Of a DNA stretch of 64,000 nt, positions 1 through 10,779 are shown one piece after another (the first letter of the stretch is position 1; each line of letters starts with the position of its first letter). The DNA is from an uncultured Gammaproteobacteria bacterium. GTDB taxonomy: Bacteria; Pseudomonadota; Gammaproteobacteria; Methylococcales; Methylomonadaceae. Both the position numbers and the translations under genes were made by a program. The notes under the pieces are model-generated. The model had not been told where the DNA came from. It saw only the letters and a list, made by a program, of their open reading frames with translations, and did no database searches. Location: positions 21,331-85,330 of the forward strand of contig CBDUDP010000009.1 of assembly GCA_965365945.1 (NCBI GenBank), in the 5' to 3' direction.

Positions 1-315
1 AATACCTTGCACTTGATCATAGCTTAATGTGGAATTTAAAAAAGCCGCTTTTACACCTAATTGGTGCAAAGCATTCACTTGATCTTCCATTAAAGCAATT
101 AAAGGCGAAATAACAATACCCACGCCTTCGCGCATCATCGCGGGGATTTGATAGCATAACGACTTACCGCCGCCTGTGGGCATCAACACTACAGCACTTT
201 TGCCTTGCATTAACTGCTCAATAATTGCTGCCTGCTGACCACGAAAATTTTCATAACCAAAAACAGCCTGCAAGACTTCTACTTCTGAGCTTCCTTTATA
301 ATCCGATTGCTGCAC
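1..315 (-). CDS. recQ: ATP-dependent DNA helicase RecQ, N-terminal part (runs off window start)
   Basis: Not in the ORF track. Manual translation from GTG at 315 gives VFGYENFRGQQ...LMPTGGGKSLCYQIPA...VISPLIALMEDQV (helicase motifs 0, I, Ia). Confidence 0.93.
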   Translation of the reverse strand, partial: MQQSDYKGSSEVEVLQAVFGYENFRGQQAAIIEQLMQGKSAVVLMPTGGGKSLCYQIPAMMREGVGIVISPLIALMEDQVNALHQLGVKAAFLNSTLSYDQVQGI

Positions 316-401
316 AATATTTATCTCTAGCCTTGAAACAGTTATATAATAGCGCCATTATAAATTAAGCATGCTCGCGTTTATCAGGATTTTTTAACAT
401 T

Positions 402-1979
402 TTGAATATAACAGCCACGAATCGCCTAAAACTCTTATTGGCAAACAAACAACAATCGCTCTTAAAAAACGGGCTTAAAGGCATAGAAAAAGAAAATCTA
501 CGTCTAAACGAGCAAGGTTTTATCGCGCAAACTCCTCATCCTGAAAAGCTTGGAGCCGCGCTGACGCACCCGCATATTACCACCGATTATTCTGAAGCTT
601 TATTGGAATTCATTACTCCACCGTTTGCCGATATTAATAAAACCTTAGGCTTTATGCAAAATATCCATCAATTTGTTTATGACAATCTGGATAATGAACA
701 TTTATTAGCTACCAGCATGCCTTGTGGTATTAGTGGCGATGAAAGTATTCCGCTCGCTAAGTATGGCAGTTCAAATATAGGTCAAATGAAATATGTTTAT
801 CGTAAAGGTTTATGGCATCGTTATGGTAGAACCATGCAAGCCATCGCCGGTATTCATTTTAATTATTCTGTTCCTGAAGCACTTTGGCCGACATTACACC
901 AGCTTGAAGGCTCGGAGCAAACATTAGATGAATTCAAATCCTCGGGTTATTTTCATTTAATCCGTAATTTTCAGCGCCAAGGCTGGATCATTCTGTATTT
1001 ATTCGGTGCTTCACCCGCTATCTGTAAAAATTTCTTCAAAAGCCGCCCTGAATTAATGGCACAGTTTGCAGAGTTTGATCACGGCACACTCTACCATCCT
1101 TATGCAACCTCCTTGCGCATGAGCGATATAGGCTATAAAAGCAATAATCAAGCTGACTTAAATATCGATTACAACTCGCTCACCGGCTATGTTGATAGTC
1201 TGTCTCGTGCGATTAATACGCCTTACCCTGAATACGAAGCTATAGGGGCAGAAGTAGACGGCGAATACCAACAACTGAATAGCAATATCCTACAAATTGA
1301 AAACGAGTTTTACAGTACAGTACGCCCTAAACAAATCATTGAGCCTTGTGAAAAACCGACCTTAGCACTTAAACGTCGAGGGGTTCGTTATGTAGAAATT
1401 CGCTCTCTAGATTTAGATTTATTTGACCCTATCGGGATTGATGCGAATCGCGCACGCTTTATTGAAGCCTTATTACTAAGCTGCTTATTACATGACAGCC
1501 CAGAAATGAATATTGCTGATTTTAAAACGCACAATGCCAACCAACTGACCGTTGCCCATAAAGGCCGTAAGCCCAATGTCGAACTCATTAAAGACGGCGA
1601 GCCAATTCGTTTACAAGATTGGGCCAATAGCATATTGGATGGCATGCAAGCTGTCTGCAACATCTTAGATGAAAACGAGCCTGAGGATTATTACAATCAA
1701 GCTCTCATAGAGCAACGTAAATTAATTGCCAATCCAGACCTAACACCGTCAGCAAGAATTCTGGCTAAAATGCGTGAAGAAAAGAAACCTTTCGCTCACT
1801 TTGCAGAAGGCGTATCACAACAGCATGCACAAAACTTTAGCACTCAAAAACTCAATGCAACGGATACCGATAAATTCACACAAATGGCGCTGGAATCGCA
1901 TGCTAAACAACAAGAAATTGAAGAAAATGACACACTTTTATTTGATGATTTCTTAGCAAAATATTTCTCACAAAAATAA
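402..1979 (+). CDS. gshA: glutamate-cysteine ligase
   Basis: GIEKENLR, ITTDYSEALLEFITP, YATSLRMSDIGY, QIENEFYSTVRPK and YVEIRSLD motifs. Confidence 0.96.
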   Translation: MNITATNRLKLLLANKQQSLLKNGLKGIEKENLRLNEQGFIAQTPHPEKLGAALTHPHITTDYSEALLEFITPPFADINKTLGFMQNIHQFVYDNLDNEHLLATSMPCGISGDESIPLAKYGSSNIGQMKYVYRKGLWHRYGRTMQAIAGIHFNYSVPEALWPTLHQLEGSEQTLDEFKSSGYFHLIRNFQRQGWIILYLFGASPAICKNFFKSRPELMAQFAEFDHGTLYHPYATSLRMSDIGYKSNNQADLNIDYNSLTGYVDSLSRAINTPYPEYEAIGAEVDGEYQQLNSNILQIENEFYSTVRPKQIIEPCEKPTLALKRRGVRYVEIRSLDLDLFDPIGIDANRARFIEALLLSCLLHDSPEMNIADFKTHNANQLTVAHKGRKPNVELIKDGEPIRLQDWANSILDGMQAVCNILDENEPEDYYNQALIEQRKLIANPDLTPSARILAKMREEKKPFAHFAEGVSQQHAQNFSTQKLNATDTDKFTQMALESHAKQQEIEENDTLLFDDFLAKYFSQK

Positions 1980-1987
1980 AAAGTATG

Positions 1988-2046
1988 TTGTCGGAGGGCC
2001 TTTAGCCGCGATTTTATACAAGTTGCGGCTAAAGGCCCTCCCACAA
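1988..2046. repeat. REP-like inverted repeat downstream of gshA
   Basis: Perfect 17-bp arms GGAGGGCCTTTAGCCGC (1993-2009) and GCGGCTAAAGGCCCTCC (2025-2041), extendable with one mismatch. Confidence 0.75.
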
Positions 2047-2119
2047 ATAGCATCATAATCAATAATACTAAAAACTGCGTAACATCAGCTATTTAACATA
2101 CCCGCAATACCTATTAACA

Positions 2120-2845
2120 ATGACCGAACAATTTATCATGAACACCATCGAACAAGTACACAACGAATTACAAGGTAAAAACCCACGTAAAATCCTTAGA
2201 CATGCTTTAGAAAATTATGACCAAGTAGCAATTTCATTTAGTGGCGCGGAAGATGTCGTGTTACTTGATATGGCTTTAAAAATTCGTAAAGACATTCAGA
2301 TATTTTCTTTAGATACAGGTCGTTTGCACCCAGAAACTTACCAATTTATCGAAAAAGTCAGAAAGCATTATAAAATTGATATTGAGCTACTTAGTCCTGA
2401 ACATACTCAACTTGAAGCTTTTGTTAAAGAAAAAGGCTTGTTTAGCTTTTATCACGATGGACATCAAGAATGTTGCGCTATCCGAAAAGTACAGCCATTA
2501 AAGCGTAAACTCGCGCAAGTCGATGCTTGGATTACAGGGCAACGTAAAGACCAAAGTTTAGATACGCGGCAGAATATCCCAGAAATTCAAATTGACCCAG
2601 CGTTCTCAACAGCGGAACATACCTTAGTTAAATTTAACCCTTTAGTTAATCAAAGTTCTGCACAAATTTGGGATTATATAGAAGCGTACCAAGTGCCTTT
2701 TAATGCATTACATCAACAAGGCTTTATTAGCATAGGTTGTGAGCCCTGTACTCGCGCGGTATTGCCTAACCAACACGAGCGCGCAGGGCGCTGGTGGTGG
2801 GAAGATGCCACAAAGAAAGAGTGTGGCTTGCATGTAAAAAAATAA
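2120..2845 (+). CDS. cysH: adenylyl-sulfate (APS)/PAPS reductase, 4Fe-4S type
   Basis: [34 protein letters not shown] and KKECGLH motifs. Confidence 0.93.
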   Translation: MTEQFIMNTIEQVHNELQGKNPRKILRHALENYDQVAISFSGAEDVVLLDMALKIRKDIQIFSLDTGRLHPETYQFIEKVRKHYKIDIELLSPEHTQLEAFVKEKGLFSFYHDGHQECCAIRKVQPLKRKLAQVDAWITGQRKDQSLDTRQNIPEIQIDPAFSTAEHTLVKFNPLVNQSSAQIWDYIEAYQVPFNALHQQGFISIGCEPCTRAVLPNQHERAGRWWWEDATKKECGLHVKK

Positions 2846-2847
2846 TG

Positions 2848-2916
2848 GTAGGGTGGACATCAACCCGCTAACGCACATATCTCACACTCGAAATAGCGGA
2901 CTGAAGTCCGCCCTAC
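2848..2916. repeat. GTAG-family REP doublet
   Basis: GTAGGGTGGAC... at 2848; inverted copy GCGGAC-TGAA-GTCCGC-CCTAC at 2896-2916. Confidence 0.75.
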
Positions 2917-2940
2917 CCAGCTCACAACAGGACAAAACAC

Positions 2941-3867
2941 ATGCAAATTCAATGGTACCCAGGGCATATGCACAAAGCAGGCAAAGAGATAAAAGAAGCT
3001 TTGCCCGATATAGATTTACTTATCGAAGTACTAGATGCTCGTATCCCCTTTAGCAGTGCGAACCCACTACTATCTGAATTACGTGCCGATAAACCCTGTA
3101 TCAAAATACTCAATAAAGCCGATTTAGCTGATCCCATCAGAACACAGCAATGGCAAGAATACTTAGAGCGTGAACAAGGCGTAAAAACCTTAGCAACGAC
3201 AGCAGTACATTCCGAAAACGTAGAGCAAATCATTGACCTATGTCGTAAATTAATTCCCCACAAAGCAGAAAACACCAAAGTCATACGCGCTTTAATTATG
3301 GGTATTCCAAACGTGGGGAAATCAACCATCATTAATTCGCTGGCAGGACGTACTATTGCCAAAACAGGCAACGAACCAGCTGTAACCAAAAGACAGCAAC
3401 GCATTGACTTACACAATGGCATTATTCTTTGCGATACACCGGGTATGTTATGGCCAAACTTAGAGAACCCTAATACTGGCTATCGCTTAGCAACTACCGG
3501 AGCGATTAAAGATACCGCCTTAAAGCATGATGATATCGCTTCATTTGCTGGCGAGTTTCTATTACGCGATTATCCAGAAAGCTTAAAGCAGCGCTATCAA
3601 ATTGATAAACTGCCCGAAACTGATTATGAATTACTACTCTTAATCGGCAAAAAACGCGGGTGCCTGCGTGGTGGTGGCAACATTGACATCGACAAAGTCG
3701 CTAAAATCCTACTGACTGAGCTAAGAGATGGACAGCTCGGTAGGCTAACTCTAGAAACTCCCGAGGATATGGAAAAAGAGCTTATCGAGCTTGTTGCTTT
3801 ACAAGAAAAAAGAGAGGCGAAAAAAGCCTTACGTAAAAACAAATGGAAGGCAAATAGGGACACCTAA
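2941..3867 (+). CDS. ylqF: ribosome biogenesis GTPase YlqF/RbgA
   Basis: IQWYPGHM start; circularly permuted G-motifs NKAD, GIPNVGKS, DTPG. Confidence 0.95.
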   Translation: MQIQWYPGHMHKAGKEIKEALPDIDLLIEVLDARIPFSSANPLLSELRADKPCIKILNKADLADPIRTQQWQEYLEREQGVKTLATTAVHSENVEQIIDLCRKLIPHKAENTKVIRALIMGIPNVGKSTIINSLAGRTIAKTGNEPAVTKRQQRIDLHNGIILCDTPGMLWPNLENPNTGYRLATTGAIKDTALKHDDIASFAGEFLLRDYPESLKQRYQIDKLPETDYELLLLIGKKRGCLRGGGNIDIDKVAKILLTELRDGQLGRLTLETPEDMEKELIELVALQEKREAKKALRKNKWKANRDT

Positions 3868-4122
3868 AAATATTTCCCAGTTAACAAATGAGTCTGAACA
3901 AAGTATCTAGCCCCCCTAAAATCAGGCTTTGTTTATAAGGGAAAATATACACTAAAGCTAGTAATTCTGGCTGTATTATTAGCTTTAAAATTTCACTAGA
4001 AAATAAGTAATTCTCGCTGATAAGTAATAATTTTTCATAGATAGCAACACCTATGCTTACTGCAAGTAAGCCATACGATACAGTAATCTACACCCAAAGA
4101 AGCATTAAAAGGTAAACAAATT

Positions 4123-5184
4123 ATGATGATGGATTTACTGGACATAGAAAGTGCCAATATTTTGGTCATTGATGGTGAAAAAATTAACCTAGAAATTATC
4201 GATGAACTATTGGAAAACAATGGTTTTTCTAATATCACTTTTTTTTCTGACCCAGTAAAAGCCGTTGAATATTACCAAAAAACGCCGCCCGACTTGGTTT
4301 TATTAGATATTAATATGCCGGTTTTGTCTGGCTTTGATGTTTTACAACGCTTTGAAGATATTCACCACACACCTCAGCCACCGGTGCTGGTAATAACCGT
4401 ATTAACGGATAGAGAAACGCGTTTGCAAGCATTAAAATTGGGTGCCAGAGACTTTATAAATAGACCCTTTGATGACGAAGAAGCTGTCATGCGCATGCGG
4501 AATTTGCTAAAAATGCATTTAGCGTATAAAGAAAATATAGGATATTCACAAACTCTTGAGGAACTCGTTCAATACCGCACTAAAGATTTATTAGAAACCC
4601 AAAATGAAATGATTGAACGCTTGGGTTTAGCTGCTGAATACCGAGATAATGATACAGCTGACCATACCATTCGAGTAGGCCATTATGCTAAAGCGCTTGC
4701 GCAAGCATTAGGAATGAATGAAAAAGAAGCTGAGAACCTTAGGTTGTCTGCTCCTATGCATGATGTAGGAAAGTTAGGCATTCCAGACAATGTGCTGCTA
4801 AAGACCGGTAAATTAAATGCGGATGAGTGGGCATGCATGAAGGGGCACGCTGAAATTGGCTATAAAATCCTAAAAGATTCTAACAGTCTTATTTTAAAAA
4901 ATGCAGGTATTATTGCCTTGTCACACCATGAAAAATGGGATGGTAGTGGCTACCCTTCTGGTTTAAAAGGAACTGAAATACATCTTTATGGCCGAATCAC
5001 TGCTGTGGCTGATGTATTTGATGCGCTAACTATGATTCGACCGTATAAAAAAGCATGGACTATTGAAGACGCCACTCAACTGATAAGAGATGAATCAGGT
5101 AAGCATTTCGACCCATCTATCGTTGAGGCTTTTAATCAAGTACTTGATCAGTTAGTAGTAATAAGAAAAACATTTTCTGATTAG
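4123..5184 (+). CDS. response regulator with HD-GYP cyclic-dinucleotide phosphodiesterase domain (RpfG-like)
   Basis: REC domain (LVLLDINMP), then HTIRV, HDVGK, HHEKWDGSGYP and RPYK. Confidence 0.9.
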   Translation: MMMDLLDIESANILVIDGEKINLEIIDELLENNGFSNITFFSDPVKAVEYYQKTPPDLVLLDINMPVLSGFDVLQRFEDIHHTPQPPVLVITVLTDRETRLQALKLGARDFINRPFDDEEAVMRMRNLLKMHLAYKENIGYSQTLEELVQYRTKDLLETQNEMIERLGLAAEYRDNDTADHTIRVGHYAKALAQALGMNEKEAENLRLSAPMHDVGKLGIPDNVLLKTGKLNADEWACMKGHAEIGYKILKDSNSLILKNAGIIALSHHEKWDGSGYPSGLKGTEIHLYGRITAVADVFDALTMIRPYKKAWTIEDATQLIRDESGKHFDPSIVEAFNQVLDQLVVIRKTFSD

Positions 5185-5255
5185 CTTTCGCCCAGCACAA
5201 GATTGACCTACATAGTTAGAAGCGAGAATTCAATAATACCCTCGCTCCTTAGCAA

Positions 5256-7478
5256 CTAAAACTCAACTTTTCCTGTTTCGATATTATACATAGCACTCAC
5301 AATATCAATTTCACCAGCAACTTGCATTTCATGTAATAACGGGCTTCTTTGCTTAATTTGCTCGACCATAATTTCTACATTACGATCAGCAACTTTATCC
5401 TCTAAGCAACTATCTAATCGACTATTTTTAGCCAAATCACCCTCTTTTACAGAGTCAACAGCAGGCTGAATTTTATCTAACAACCCAGTTAAATTACCTA
5501 ACTCTACACCAGCACAAGCACCTTTAATAGCCCCACAATGCGTATGTCCCAAAACCACGACTAACTTAGATCCAGCCACTTTACAAGCATATTCCATACT
5601 GCCTAAAATATCTTCATTGACCACATTCCCGGCGACTCTGACACTAAAAATATCTCCCAAACCTTGGTCAAAAACCAGCTCTGCAGAAGTGCGTGAATCA
5701 ATACAACTTAAAATAATAGCGATAGGAAATTGCCCTTCCACAGTCTCATTAACCTGCGATAGTAAGTTACGCTTGTCCTTAATACTATTGACAAAACGGT
5801 TGTTACCCTCTTGCAGTATTGCCAACACGTCTGTCGGGGTTAATGATTGCTGCGATTCTTGACTAACCGGCAAAACATGTTCAACGGGCTTTAAAAACCC
5901 AAAACCACGTAGGTTCTGAACCACAAGATTAATCCCCTTACGCTTAGCATCAACTTTAAAGTTTTGAATCACCTCGTAAACATCGTAGTCTATGTATTTT
6001 GCATAAGTTGCATCAATGACGATATTGGCATTTTGTGGTAACTCACTAAGCAAATGCAAGATATTGGATTTATTTAAAAATGAAACGTTCTCCGACAAAG
6101 TGATAATGGTTTTATTGTGTCCGTATTGTTCATGCAGATGAAAACCAACTTTTTTATTTTCCAGCAAAATAAAAAATAAAGCACAGCCCATACCGATACT
6201 AAAACCTGTCAACATATCAGAAAACAATAGACCAATAATCGTCGCAATAAACGGAATGAAATGATAAAAACCGACCTGATACATGGTTTTAAACCATTTA
6301 GGGTTAGCTAACTTATAAGCGACCACCAGAAAAACTGCAGCTAAACTAGCTAACGGAATCTTATTGATTAAATTAGGCAGTAATAACGCCGTAATTAATA
6401 AGAAAATACTCTGCATAAAAGCTGATGTTTTAGTGCGACTACCCGATTGCACATTGGCAGAACTACGCACAATTAATTGCGTCATAGGTAATCCACCGAG
6501 TAAGCCGGAACAAATATTACCAATCCCTTGCGCTCTTAATTCGCGATTATTTGACGTTACTCGCTTATATGGATCAAGCTTATCCATCGCTTCAACACAT
6601 AATAAAGTCTCCAAACTCGCGACGATAGCAATCATAAAAGCGACATGATAAATCGCTGGATTATTAATCTGCGAAAAGTCTGGGCTCGTAAAAACCTGCC
6701 CGAAATCGGCAAACGTTTCTAAAATAGGCAATTCTAGCAAGTGTCTATCTGCTAAAGCCCATTGAGGATAGAAAGTGAGAAATACTTGATTTAGCAGCAC
6801 ACCGACGATAACTGCGACAATTGCTCCATGCAAACCCTCACTAAATCGGTATTGTTTAATCCATTGAGTTTCCCATAACAACAAAATTGCCAAACCAACT
6901 AAACTAATAACAAGCGCACCAGGAGCCATAAAATCCAGCATATGCTGCAATTCAGAGAGCGTCGTATATTGATCACTCTGAGAAAAAGAGAGATCCCCCT
7001 CGTAATCTCTATCATAGCCTATCGCGTGCGGAATTTGCTTAAGAAAAACAATGATTCCTATACCTGATAGCATGCCGGTAATGACCGCAGAAGGAAAATA
7101 GTAACCAATAATTCCAGCTCTAATATTACCCATTATAAATTGGATAATCCCCGCCAAAATAACTGCCAGTAGAAAAGGTTCAAAACCTAACTCTGAAATA
7201 GCACCAAAGACAATTACAGCAAGCCCCGCAGAAGGGCCAGTAACACCTAGCGCCGAACCACTTAAACTCGTGACGATAAGACCACCAACGATTCCAGCAA
7301 TTAATCCTGCATACAAAGGAGCCCCTGAAGCCAAAGCAACACCCAAGCATAAAGGTAAGGCTAATAGAAATACAACTAGGCTGGCAGGAAAATCATAACG
7401 CAGATTTTCTTTATAACTTAAAACTGGGCCTCTATTTGCAGAAAATGGATTTTTTATCATAGTTACTTTCTCTTTCAT
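5256..7478 (-). CDS. SulP anion transporter-STAS-beta-carbonic anhydrase fusion
   Basis: SulP signature ALPLCLGVALASGAP...GPSAGL; STAS-like segment; C-terminal CIDSR and HTHCG zinc ligands. The start may be a few codons downstream. Confidence 0.92.
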   Translation of the reverse strand: MKEKVTMIKNPFSANRGPVLSYKENLRYDFPASLVVFLLALPLCLGVALASGAPLYAGLIAGIVGGLIVTSLSGSALGVTGPSAGLAVIVFGAISELGFEPFLLAVILAGIIQFIMGNIRAGIIGYYFPSAVITGMLSGIGIIVFLKQIPHAIGYDRDYEGDLSFSQSDQYTTLSELQHMLDFMAPGALVISLVGLAILLLWETQWIKQYRFSEGLHGAIVAVIVGVLLNQVFLTFYPQWALADRHLLELPILETFADFGQVFTSPDFSQINNPAIYHVAFMIAIVASLETLLCVEAMDKLDPYKRVTSNNRELRAQGIGNICSGLLGGLPMTQLIVRSSANVQSGSRTKTSAFMQSIFLLITALLLPNLINKIPLASLAAVFLVVAYKLANPKWFKTMYQVGFYHFIPFIATIIGLLFSDMLTGFSIGMGCALFFILLENKKVGFHLHEQYGHNKTIITLSENVSFLNKSNILHLLSELPQNANIVIDATYAKYIDYDVYEVIQNFKVDAKRKGINLVVQNLRGFGFLKPVEHVLPVSQESQQSLTPTDVLAILQEGNNRFVNSIKDKRNLLSQVNETVEGQFPIAIILSCIDSRTSAELVFDQGLGDIFSVRVAGNVVNEDILGSMEYACKVAGSKLVVVLGHTHCGAIKGACAGVELGNLTGLLDKIQPAVDSVKEGDLAKNSRLDSCLEDKVADRNVEIMVEQIKQRSPLLHEMQVAGEIDIVSAMYNIETGKVEF

Positions 7479-7493
7479 TAAGTAGTTTCAGGC

Positions 7494-10169
7494 TTATTCA
7501 GCTAAGGCTATTTCTGGCTGCCACTCTAGCCATTCTTGTTCATAGTCGTCATGTAAATCAAACACATGCCCAACTTCAATACCATTACTAGCATCTTCAT
7601 CTAACTCTGGTGTAGCAAAAGCGATACCACCCATAACAATACTTTCCACTGACTCAGTACGTACTTCTGCACCCGATATCCAGCCAAAATCCATTTTTAC
7701 ACCACTGGCATTCCAAAACTTAGTATTTTGTTTTATCAAGGCGGCATATTGAGGCGCAATATAAATATCAATTAAAACCTGTGTAGCATTATTGGATAGT
7801 TGAAAACTTCTCACTTCACCCACATTAATTTGTCGATAAGAAACACTATTACCCATTTTAATGGAGCCTAAGCGCGACGCTTGCAAAACAAGATGTAAAC
7901 CTTGCTTTATTTCTGCTTGATCAAGTTTTGCTACAAATTCTGTTTGCTTTTCTCCATTTCCGGGCTCTATATCCAAATAGTTTCCTTTAATTAACGTATC
8001 TAGGTTTTTATTTTTAAATAAACCTAATTGCGCCGATACTAACCAAAATTTTGTCCCAGCTCGGGCGAAATCAATCGCTGAACCGAATAATTTTGCACTG
8101 GCAATAATCGACTGATTATCTTCTTCTAATTCAACCGTGCTTATTTCTCCAACGGGGATACCTAGGTACTTAATGGCCGTGCCTGCACTAACACCATTTG
8201 CCAATGAAAATTTTATTTTAATTTCCTGAGCTAGTTGCAAAGCGATTTGTTCATCGGGATAAAGATGATAAATTTTATTGTCTTTTACTTTTCTAGTGAC
8301 TGTACTTTTCTGTGCAGGATTAGCAAAACTAATACCACCATTCAACAAAGCACTGACAGATGCCATATCCACATCAACACCTGATAAATCTGCTTTAACT
8401 TTCAGCCCACTATTACGCCAAAAGCGACTAGAATCGTTAAGTAAATGTCGATATTTATTACCTATAACAGCACTAATAATAATGCTGTTATTATCTTCAC
8501 TCAAACGGTAGTAAACCACTTTACCTACGGGGATTTTCTTAAAATAAATTTGAGACCCAATAGCTAAAGAGCCTAAATCATTCGCGCTAAGCTGAATAAC
8601 AGTTTCATCTTTTGCCGGTTTATAAGGCGTTAACCCCGCTTCTGTCGCGGCAGCATAATTAGGGTATAAATCATAAAGTACGTGATTTTTAATTTTCTTA
8701 GTACTCAAGGCTGGTGTTATGAATTCAATTCCACCATTCAACACCGTCCCCATCGTACCCGTTTGAATATCCATACCCGTTGTACCAACGCTAACTTGCA
8801 CACCACTAGCATTCCAAAAGCGCGAACTAGGTGCAACTAAATGTGCATAACGTTCAGTAATATAAACATCAATTAATACATGTTCACCTTTTTTATCGAG
8901 TTTAAAATCATGCACTTGGCCCACTTGTATTTTTTTATAAAGGATAGGACTTCCATATTCGATAGAGCCTAAAGAATCTGATTTTAAAATCAGATGAATA
9001 CCTTTATCACCAATAGACATTAGAGGCCGTTTATTAAGCGCAATAAACTCTCTGACACTTACCCCTTCGCCCACTTGCATTTTAATATGGTTTCCTTGCA
9101 ATAAGGACTTTAAGCCTGAAAAATCAGTGAGGGAGAGTTTCGGTTTATCTAACCAGAATTTTGTTCCAGCTTTTAATAACTCTTCGGCACGCGGATCAAA
9201 CATTACTTCAGCAATGACACTTTTACCGGTCTTTTTATAACTTAATTTCTTAACAATTCCAATTTTAAAAGCATCATACTGAACCTCCGTCACGCCCTCT
9301 TGCAATCCAATCGCTGATTCAAAACTAATTTTGACTAAAATACCGACCTTGGCACTATCAAAATCACCATGTAATTTAAATTGCGTGCCATTACCTGCAG
9401 TATCAACACTTTCGGTATCCGGCGTATAAAAGGCAATGCCCCCAGAAATCAATGCAGCTAATGACTCCGTCTGCATGGAAAATCCACTCAGCCCTGCTTT
9501 TATCGATAAACCACTAGCATTCCAAAATCGTGATGATTTTTTTACCAAATAAGCGTAACGCTCTTCAATATGGGTTTTAATAATCACACCATTTTGCTCG
9601 TCAGCCAATTCATAATCCAAAACCTCACCCACAGGAATTTGTCGAAAATAAATTTTTGAGCCGCGTGCAATTGAGCCTAAACTATCAGCAAGAATATCAA
9701 TATTCAAACCCGACTTATGCTCTTCTATAATCGGCGGTTTGTCTAAAGCAATGAATTCACTTTGCAGCTCGCCTTCCCCAGGGTCCATACGTATATAATT
9801 CCCTGAAACAATAGTGTCTAAACCAGTAATTTCAGTCAGCGAAACCTTGGGCTTAACCAACCAAAACCCAGTTGTTTTTCTAAGACCTTCACTTGCTGCG
9901 CGCTGAATTTCAGCCAATACTTTAACTTGTTGCAAGTTCGCACTAATATCCACTTTTTTGACAACACCAATGCGCACACCTTTATACATAATCGGTGTTT
10001 TTCCTTCGCGAACTCCTTCTGCATCATCAAAGATAATTGAAATTTCAACTCCTTTTTCATTCATACTTTGGTAAATCGTCCAACCGCCCATTAAAGCAGC
10101 CAATAAAGGCAATAACCAAATACCCGATAACCAATGTTTTTTTGTAATAACGGGCTTAGCTAAGTTCAT
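7494..10169 (-). CDS. letB: multi-MCE-domain lipid transport protein (LetB/YebT, PqiB family)
   Basis: N-terminal TM helix; repeated MCE units (LGSI..GS.I.YRQI.VGEV, SRFWNASG); 891 aa. Confidence 0.88.
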   Translation of the reverse strand: MNLAKPVITKKHWLSGIWLLPLLAALMGGWTIYQSMNEKGVEISIIFDDAEGVREGKTPIMYKGVRIGVVKKVDISANLQQVKVLAEIQRAASEGLRKTTGFWLVKPKVSLTEITGLDTIVSGNYIRMDPGEGELQSEFIALDKPPIIEEHKSGLNIDILADSLGSIARGSKIYFRQIPVGEVLDYELADEQNGVIIKTHIEERYAYLVKKSSRFWNASGLSIKAGLSGFSMQTESLAALISGGIAFYTPDTESVDTAGNGTQFKLHGDFDSAKVGILVKISFESAIGLQEGVTEVQYDAFKIGIVKKLSYKKTGKSVIAEVMFDPRAEELLKAGTKFWLDKPKLSLTDFSGLKSLLQGNHIKMQVGEGVSVREFIALNKRPLMSIGDKGIHLILKSDSLGSIEYGSPILYKKIQVGQVHDFKLDKKGEHVLIDVYITERYAHLVAPSSRFWNASGVQVSVGTTGMDIQTGTMGTVLNGGIEFITPALSTKKIKNHVLYDLYPNYAAATEAGLTPYKPAKDETVIQLSANDLGSLAIGSQIYFKKIPVGKVVYYRLSEDNNSIIISAVIGNKYRHLLNDSSRFWRNSGLKVKADLSGVDVDMASVSALLNGGISFANPAQKSTVTRKVKDNKIYHLYPDEQIALQLAQEIKIKFSLANGVSAGTAIKYLGIPVGEISTVELEEDNQSIIASAKLFGSAIDFARAGTKFWLVSAQLGLFKNKNLDTLIKGNYLDIEPGNGEKQTEFVAKLDQAEIKQGLHLVLQASRLGSIKMGNSVSYRQINVGEVRSFQLSNNATQVLIDIYIAPQYAALIKQNTKFWNASGVKMDFGWISGAEVRTESVESIVMGGIAFATPELDEDASNGIEVGHVFDLHDDYEQEWLEWQPEIALAE

Positions 10170-10779
10170 TTATATCATCCCAAATTAATCTTGAATCAAA
10201 ACGTATGGCGGCCAGCATGGTTAAGATAATCACTATTGCAAATAATAACCCCGCCGGCTCTATATCCACCGAGGCTATTTTATTAAATTTAACAATGCCT
10301 AATAAAATACTAATCACAAAAACATCCAACATAGACCAGCGACCAACAAATTCGATCATGCGGTACATTTTCGTTCTCATATAAACACTCATTCGCCATT
10401 TAAATTGCGTTGCCAGCAAGATCATAGCTAAGGCGACCATTTTTAATGCCGGCACTAAAATACTGGCAATAAACACAATCACAGCAATAGGAGCCATGCC
10501 AATATTCGCTAAATTAATAATGCCAGACATAATAGTATCTGTACGGATTACACCACCCTTAGTTAAAGTCATAATAGGCAAGACATTAGCCGGAATATAA
10601 AGAATAAAACCGCTAATCAAAAGCGCCCAACTTTGGCTGAGACTATTCGGAATTCTTGGGTAAACCTTGCTCTGACAACGCGGACATTGAATCACTTGCT
10701 GTTGTTTTTCAGGTATCACTTTATGACACTGTCGACAGCACAAAAAACCTTGTTTTAAGGCTGAATAAGATTTATTCAC
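10156..10779 (-). CDS. pqiA: PqiA/LetA-family protein, second half
   Basis: CRQC/CPRC, LYIPANVLPIM and GRWSMLDVFV motifs. Confidence 0.9.
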   Translation of the reverse strand: MNKSYSALKQGFLCCRQCHKVIPEKQQQVIQCPRCQSKVYPRIPNSLSQSWALLISGFILYIPANVLPIMTLTKGGVIRTDTIMSGIINLANIGMAPIAVIVFIASILVPALKMVALAMILLATQFKWRMSVYMRTKMYRMIEFVGRWSMLDVFVISILLGIVKFNKIASVDIEPAGLLFAIVIILTMLAAIRFDSRLIWDDINELS

